Below, piece by piece: positions 59,634 through 64,000 of a DNA stretch of 64,000 nucleotides. The position numbers were made by a program, and so were the translations under genes. Source of the DNA: Bacteroidota bacterium. Lineage in GTDB: Bacteria; Bacteroidota; Ignavibacteria; UBA10030. Under the pieces are notes generated by a model, which saw nothing but the letters and a program-made list of their open reading frames with translations, made no database searches and was not told where the DNA came from. The stretch covers positions 150 through 64,149 of the forward strand of contig JAOAFT010000011.1 of assembly GCA_026416125.1 (NCBI GenBank), written 5' to 3'. The number at the start of each line of letters is the position of its first letter. The first letter of the stretch is position 1.

Positions 59634-60458
59634 TTACTTGCATCTACAAATTCGAAAACCTTGATCGGGCCCCTTTCCACTTGGGTCAAAAACACCACGA
59701 AAAGATATTTCGCAACTGAATTCCACTCCCATCCAACCTCCTCCTTTCCAAACTCTACCACTTACCTCACTTGATTGCGCATGTTTAAGATCCCAACACC
59801 ATTCGCGTACATTCCCTGACATATCATATATTCCCAATTCATTAGCATTTTTCTGACCAACACGCTTAGTAGCATTATTATTTCTTTCTATATCAGACCA
59901 CGACCACATACCAGTTAAAAAAGCGATCCCAGAATTTCTCCAGTACCATGCAACTTCCTCAATAATGTTACTCCCACTGTAAATGTACTTTCTGCTCAAT
60001 TGACCTCCACTTGCTGCATACTCCCACTCTATTTCCGTCGGTAATCGATATCCATTTGCACCTTCGTTTATTGTTACTAACCACTTGAGACTATCAGTTT
60101 CACACGTGTTTGTCGAATCTTTAACATTTTTATTAATGATGTAGTACGGAATTAGCCCTTCACGAATACTTCTCCGATTACAATACTCGACACAATCGTA
60201 CCAACTCACCATCTCCACTGGTAAATTATCTCCCCTAAATCTTGATGGGTTTGATCCCATAATTTCCCGCCATTCTCTTTGTGTTACTTCATAACGGCCT
60301 ATGTAGAAATCATGCACGAAATTATTGCTATTAAAGAACTTCGAGTGTGGATTTCTAAATATACCTCCTTGTACTAAAATGAGTTCCTCTGAATCATTGT
60401 GAGAACAACTAACGATTTGGCTAATACCAATAATAACTATTATGTGAAATTTCTTCAT
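59634..60458 (-). CDS. formylglycine-generating-enzyme (SUMF1/FGE) fold lipoprotein
   Basis: ATG at 60458; the tracked start is a GTG. Lipoprotein-like signal ending ..QIVSC. FGE-sulfatase domain motifs YEVTQREW, GYRLPTEIEWEYAA, GNVREWCWD and RGG.W. Confidence 0.8.
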   Translation of the reverse strand: MKKFHIIVIIGISQIVSCSHNDSEELILVQGGIFRNPHSKFFNSNNFVHDFYIGRYEVTQREWREIMGSNPSRFRGDNLPVEMVSWYDCVEYCNRRSIREGLIPYYIINKNVKDSTNTCETDSLKWLVTINEGANGYRLPTEIEWEYAASGGQLSRKYIYSGSNIIEEVAWYWRNSGIAFLTGMWSWSDIERNNNATKRVGQKNANELGIYDMSGNVREWCWDLKHAQSSEVSGRVWKGGGWMGVEFSCEISFRGVFDPSGKGPDQGFRICRCK

Positions 60459-60662
60459 GTATGTAATTTCTTTCACCCTATGGAATAAGAATAATTCTTA
60501 CCAGCATACAATTATACGATATACGAAATTAACGATGACAAAGGGTACCATCACACCTGTTCGCACATTATCTCATCACGATCCGTGTATTTACACATTG
60601 ATCGTGAAGGTTAATTGACACTGTGTAATGCCAACTAACCTTCACATGTCAACGACGTTTTA

Positions 60663-61379
60663 TTACTGCTTCCAGACAGTGGCATTAATTGAGCCACTCT
60701 TTCCACCCCAAGCTTCTAAACCAAAAATCATGTAGTTAAATGTACCAAATCCCTGGCCACCTTTACTCTTCCAGTTGTTGACATGATTTGACATGGTAAT
60801 CTTCCCATTTTGGCCGACCGGCGCTCCTCCCCAAGTGTCTTTGTATTGCCAGAAAGTTGCAGTACCGATAATCGATGGTGCATTTACTCTCTGTTGCTTG
60901 TAGAATGAGTAAGTATGACCATCACTAGTAATTGAATTAACGTAGGTACCGCCCGTCATTGAACCTTTCTCAGCTATATAAAACTCAATGAGTGGATTCG
61001 TCGTCCAACCATAAACTCCAACAAAGTTATAGCTACCACTAAGACTACCAATGTTGTACCCAACGGTCCAAGTACCACCTGGATTCCAACCTTTTCCACC
61101 TACCACATCATTTACATTAGAATAGGTAATTTGGAAATTGCCCGGGTATTGACTGGCATTGGGGAATGAAATACTAGCTGACCCACCTTCCCAGTAAAGT
61201 GAGTAAAAGAAGCCATTGTTGGTGCCTGATGTGTAGCTTAAATTTGGTTTTGGAATTTTCAATTGCGATTCTTCAACAGCTCCTTCAGAAGCTATTGGGT
61301 TACTTGCTTGCTTTGTGCATCCATTAACTAAAACGAATGCAATGATGATAAACAGAACTGTTGTTATACGAGTGTACAT
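60663..61379 (-). CDS. GH11 endo-1,4-beta-xylanase, lipoprotein, single domain
   Basis: 238 aa with a signal peptide and lipobox-like VNGC. GH11 jelly-roll motifs: NNGFFYSLYWEGG, GKGWNPG, YGWTTNPLIEFYI (nucleophile Glu), TSDGHTYSFY, RVNAPSI.GTATF.QY and the acid/base Glu in FGLEAWG. Confidence 0.9.
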   Translation of the reverse strand: MYTRITTVLFIIIAFVLVNGCTKQASNPIASEGAVEESQLKIPKPNLSYTSGTNNGFFYSLYWEGGSASISFPNASQYPGNFQITYSNVNDVVGGKGWNPGGTWTVGYNIGSLSGSYNFVGVYGWTTNPLIEFYIAEKGSMTGGTYVNSITSDGHTYSFYKQQRVNAPSIIGTATFWQYKDTWGGAPVGQNGKITMSNHVNNWKSKGGQGFGTFNYMIFGLEAWGGKSGSINATVWKQ

Positions 61380-61701
61380 TGATATATCCTCCTCCTAATA
61401 TGTTTCTATATTTGGTTTTATGATTGTCACTCATCATTTCGGGTGATTTGAGTTTATGGAGGACCTAATCCAAACAATGAGAGATATTCTAAGTATCGAA
61501 AGTAAACAACACTTCGATGAGGAGTATATAAAACACTATAGTGCATCCGTACCTTTTCTCTCGCCTGCCCTTTAACAATTAAAGTACGTCTTCGTACATG
61601 TTTGTACGGTTTCCGTTTATTCTACCGGACATATTTGTATGGTACATGAGTACCCGATAATTACCATACAAGTGGACTTTAATTTCTATGCGTACATTAC
61701 T

Positions 61702-64000
61702 TTACTCACCCCAATACCTTTTTTTCTTCCATACGATGACACCTATCGTACCATACAACAATATTCCAATCATAAACGAAATCGAAAATCCATACAGCAT
61801 CGAGCATACCATAGCAAACACAGATCCTAACACTGTCATTGACCCATTGAAACCATACAACCACGGAATGGAGGTTTCACCACCATGTTTTCGAGCAACA
61901 GAAAGAGCACTAGGGAATGGAATACCTAAAAAAAACCCAAATGATAACAGAAATCCAGCAACACTTATTACACGAATAACTCGTTCATATCCCATAAGAG
62001 CTGCAAGAATTTTGGGTGCCACCAAAAACATAGACATTCCATAGAATACAATCACTATACTCACATAAAAAATTCTTTGATAATTACTACCTCGTATTAC
62101 GTGCTGACCTGTAATACTTCCACAGCCCATCCCCAGTAGAAGCACACAGAGAAGTATAGAAAGAGCAATCGTTGGAGTACCCATATACAACACAAGAACC
62201 TGAAACAACGATACTTCAAGAGCTATAAACCCAAAGCCAAGGAAACCAAATATGAATACGAGTGTTTTCACTGAGTGCAAATTTGGAAGTTTCCTTTCAC
62301 CTCTAATCTTCTGAAAACTAAGCATAGCAATGCCACAATTGAGAATACTAAAAACAACAAGTAGTGTTACGAACTCTGTTGGAATAAATTTCGTCACTTT
62401 ATAAAAAAACGGGCGATCATCGGTGCACACTGATATGTCAAAACGGTGCTTTGCAATGTATTCCTGCAAAGTGGTCGTACCACTCTTGAGCGCTAATACC
62501 ATAGAATGTGCATCAGAGCAAGCAAGTATATCTCCTTCCCTGCTTTGAGTACGATTTACACAACTAGGAAGATAAGAGACATAGGGATAGTCCTGAGGAA
62601 GTCTATATGAAATCGACTCCCATTGGGAAATCTCAGACACAGTGAAAGGATTCCTTTTTACTACAACTGTTGGCGGGTAGTATGCAGATTCAACAATTGC
62701 TATATGGTTCAATGCATCTTGGACAGTAATCCCCCGCTCCTCAAGTACAGTGCAAACTGTCGCAATAATGCGCATAAGTTCCAATGAATTGTGAAGTGTA
62801 AAATGAATCTGACCCTCAAATGTTAACTTATCAAAGTACTCTCGGATTGCTTCTACTGTTAGTAAGTAATTTTCATTGGCTGCAAGTGCTTCAACATTCT
62901 GCAATTGCTCTGTTGATGGTAATGAAATGACAATAATATCGTATTGAGCCTTTGATCGTGTGATGTAATGTCTTCCCTCGTCAACGTGTATTGCTACATT
63001 GGAAAACTTAGTATAAATGCCACCATTGAAGTTACTGTTGTCTTTCACAAGAGCTACAAAATCAGGATTTACTTCTACACCTATTATAGAACGTATGTTA
63101 CTGAAAAGCCCAAGAAGAACTTCCTTACCGCCCCCTGGTCCTATTATAAGCATTGTATCTTTTTGATTATCGTTAAGCACCGTGAATGGAAAACCAGTTG
63201 TTTCATGAAGAAGAAGATCGAGTAACAAACGCTCAGGATGGATTGCGTTACCACTGAAACGGTACATCGGTGAACCAGCTGCGCCATCAATAAAAAGGTA
63301 TTGCACAATATCCTGATGGCTATATTTAACTAAGTCTGAACGTCCATAGATACTCCATCGACTTTCTACAATAGAGGGTGCTATGGAAAGAGAGGGATAT
63401 ACATAGTAAAAATCTTTCTCAGGGAATTGACCAATTGCTACCTCTGGTAACAATATTTCCCTTCGAAATTGTAAAAAACTTCCGAATACAATAAACCATA
63501 AAAAAATAAGGACCCATTTAAGTACCTTTTGTTTTACCGAACGTACCATAACAGCAGTACCAGCGACAATAAGTGAAATTAGGAGAACACTATTTGGCGC
63601 TCCGAATAAATCAAGGAGTACCAAAGGCATGAGTGCTCCAAAGGAAGCACCAGCAAGATCAGCTGCATAGAAGGAAAAACTTTTAACTGCAAAATTCGTA
63701 TAAACTTGGGCATAGAGAATTCCAGCGACTACAAATGGTGGAGTCACGAGGAAGAAAAAAATCACAACATTGGTTACTTGGAATATAGTTACAGTAAAAA
63801 TAAAGCCAAGTAACGTACTAGCATAGACAAGTAAGAGCGAACTAATTAACTTGTCCGATACATGATTCCTTTTAACACAATAAAATGAGAGAATAGCACC
63901 ACATGACAGTCCTAGAATAGCAAATGATAAAACAATAAATGCATACGATGAAACAAAAATTACCGATGTAATTCTAGTTACCAGAATTTCGAAACATATA
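61702..64000 (-). CDS. polytopic membrane protein with embedded spermidine-synthase-like (class I methyltransferase fold) domain; 5-prime end outside the window
   Basis: The frame stays open to the window edge; the tracked GTG at 63765 is internal. Multiple TM helices flank a soluble domain with MLIIGPGGGKEV...VEVNPDFV...DIIVISLP, typical of fused SpeE-like proteins. Confidence 0.7.
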   Translation of the reverse strand, partial: ICFEILVTRITSVIFVSSYAFIVLSFAILGLSCGAILSFYCVKRNHVSDKLISSLLLVYASTLLGFIFTVTIFQVTNVVIFFFLVTPPFVVAGILYAQVYTNFAVKSFSFYAADLAGASFGALMPLVLLDLFGAPNSVLLISLIVAGTAVMVRSVKQKVLKWVLIFLWFIVFGSFLQFRREILLPEVAIGQFPEKDFYYVYPSLSIAPSIVESRWSIYGRSDLVKYSHQDIVQYLFIDGAAGSPMYRFSGNAIHPERLLLDLLLHETTGFPFTVLNDNQKDTMLIIGPGGGKEVLLGLFSNIRSIIGVEVNPDFVALVKDNSNFNGGIYTKFSNVAIHVDEGRHYITRSKAQYDIIVISLPSTEQLQNVEALAANENYLLTVEAIREYFDKLTFEGQIHFTLHNSLELMRIIATVCTVLEERGITVQDALNHIAIVESAYYPPTVVVKRNPFTVSEISQWESISYRLPQDYPYVSYLPSCVNRTQSREGDILACSDAHSMVLALKSGTTTLQEYIAKHRFDISVCTDDRPFFYKVTKFIPTEFVTLLVVFSILNCGIAMLSFQKIRGERKLPNLHSVKTLVFIFGFLGFGFIALEVSLFQVLVLYMGTPTIALSILLCVLLLGMGCGSITGQHVIRGSNYQRIFYVSIVIVFYGMSMFLVAPKILAALMGYERVIRVISVAGFLLSFGFFLGIPFPSALSVARKHGGETSIPWLYGFNGSMTVLGSVFAMVCSMLYGFSISFMIGILLYGTIGVIVWKKKRYWGE

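Noticed and set aside
60571-60650. Two overlapping hairpins downstream of GH11 (TCACGATC/GATCGTGA and GTGAAGGTTA/TAACCTTCAC) as a riboswitch-like element.
   Set aside because: They sit after the GH11 stop and have no U-tract or conserved ligand-binding motif that I can recognise. A plain 3-prime stabilising or terminator structure is more likely, and the evidence is insufficient for a separate call.
28872-61379. The xylan locus as a horizontally acquired genomic island.
   Set aside because: The window has no integrase, transposase, flanking tRNA or direct repeats. I saw no obvious compositional break by eye. The idea cannot be supported without computed GC or codon statistics.

Overview
This 64 kb window has about 40% GC and is almost entirely coded on the minus strand; only the first two genes are on the plus strand. 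It has three parts. (1) 265-1181: two translationally coupled nucleobase deaminases. (2) 1295-26195: a 17-gene, roughly 24.6 kb amino-acid biosynthesis supraoperon, ilvD-ilvB-ilvN-gltB-gltD-ilvC-cimA-DAHPS-leuA-leuC-leuD-proC-leuB-hom-ask-(ApgM-like)-thrC. It is preceded by a sigma70-like promoter and what reads as a classical Ile/Leu/Val leader-peptide attenuator. A short block of small genes follows at 26215-28359: a helical-repeat protein, a small membrane protein, an Hc1-like histone and a deoxyhypusine-synthase-like protein. (3) 28872-61379: a xylan-utilisation locus. It holds xylA, four GH10, one GH11, one GH30, one GH3, two CE4, a GH35-like enzyme, a GPH symporter and a TonB-dependent receptor. 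Eight T9SS-type C-terminal sorting domains (NYPNPFNP...K) occur here, which suggests an FCB-superphylum organism, possibly Ignavibacteria-like; that placement is inference only. The most interesting content is three uncharacterised secreted proteins around the TonB receptor. One is a roughly 500-aa beta-helix-like module found both free-standing, in the position a SusD gene would occupy, and fused into a GH10 xylanase. The second is a 1059-aa protein built from three roughly 260-aa repeats of unknown family. The third is a GH30 enzyme with a T9SS sorting domain stranded internally. I found no rRNA, tRNA, CRISPR array, transposase or integrase. The rightmost gene runs off the window.
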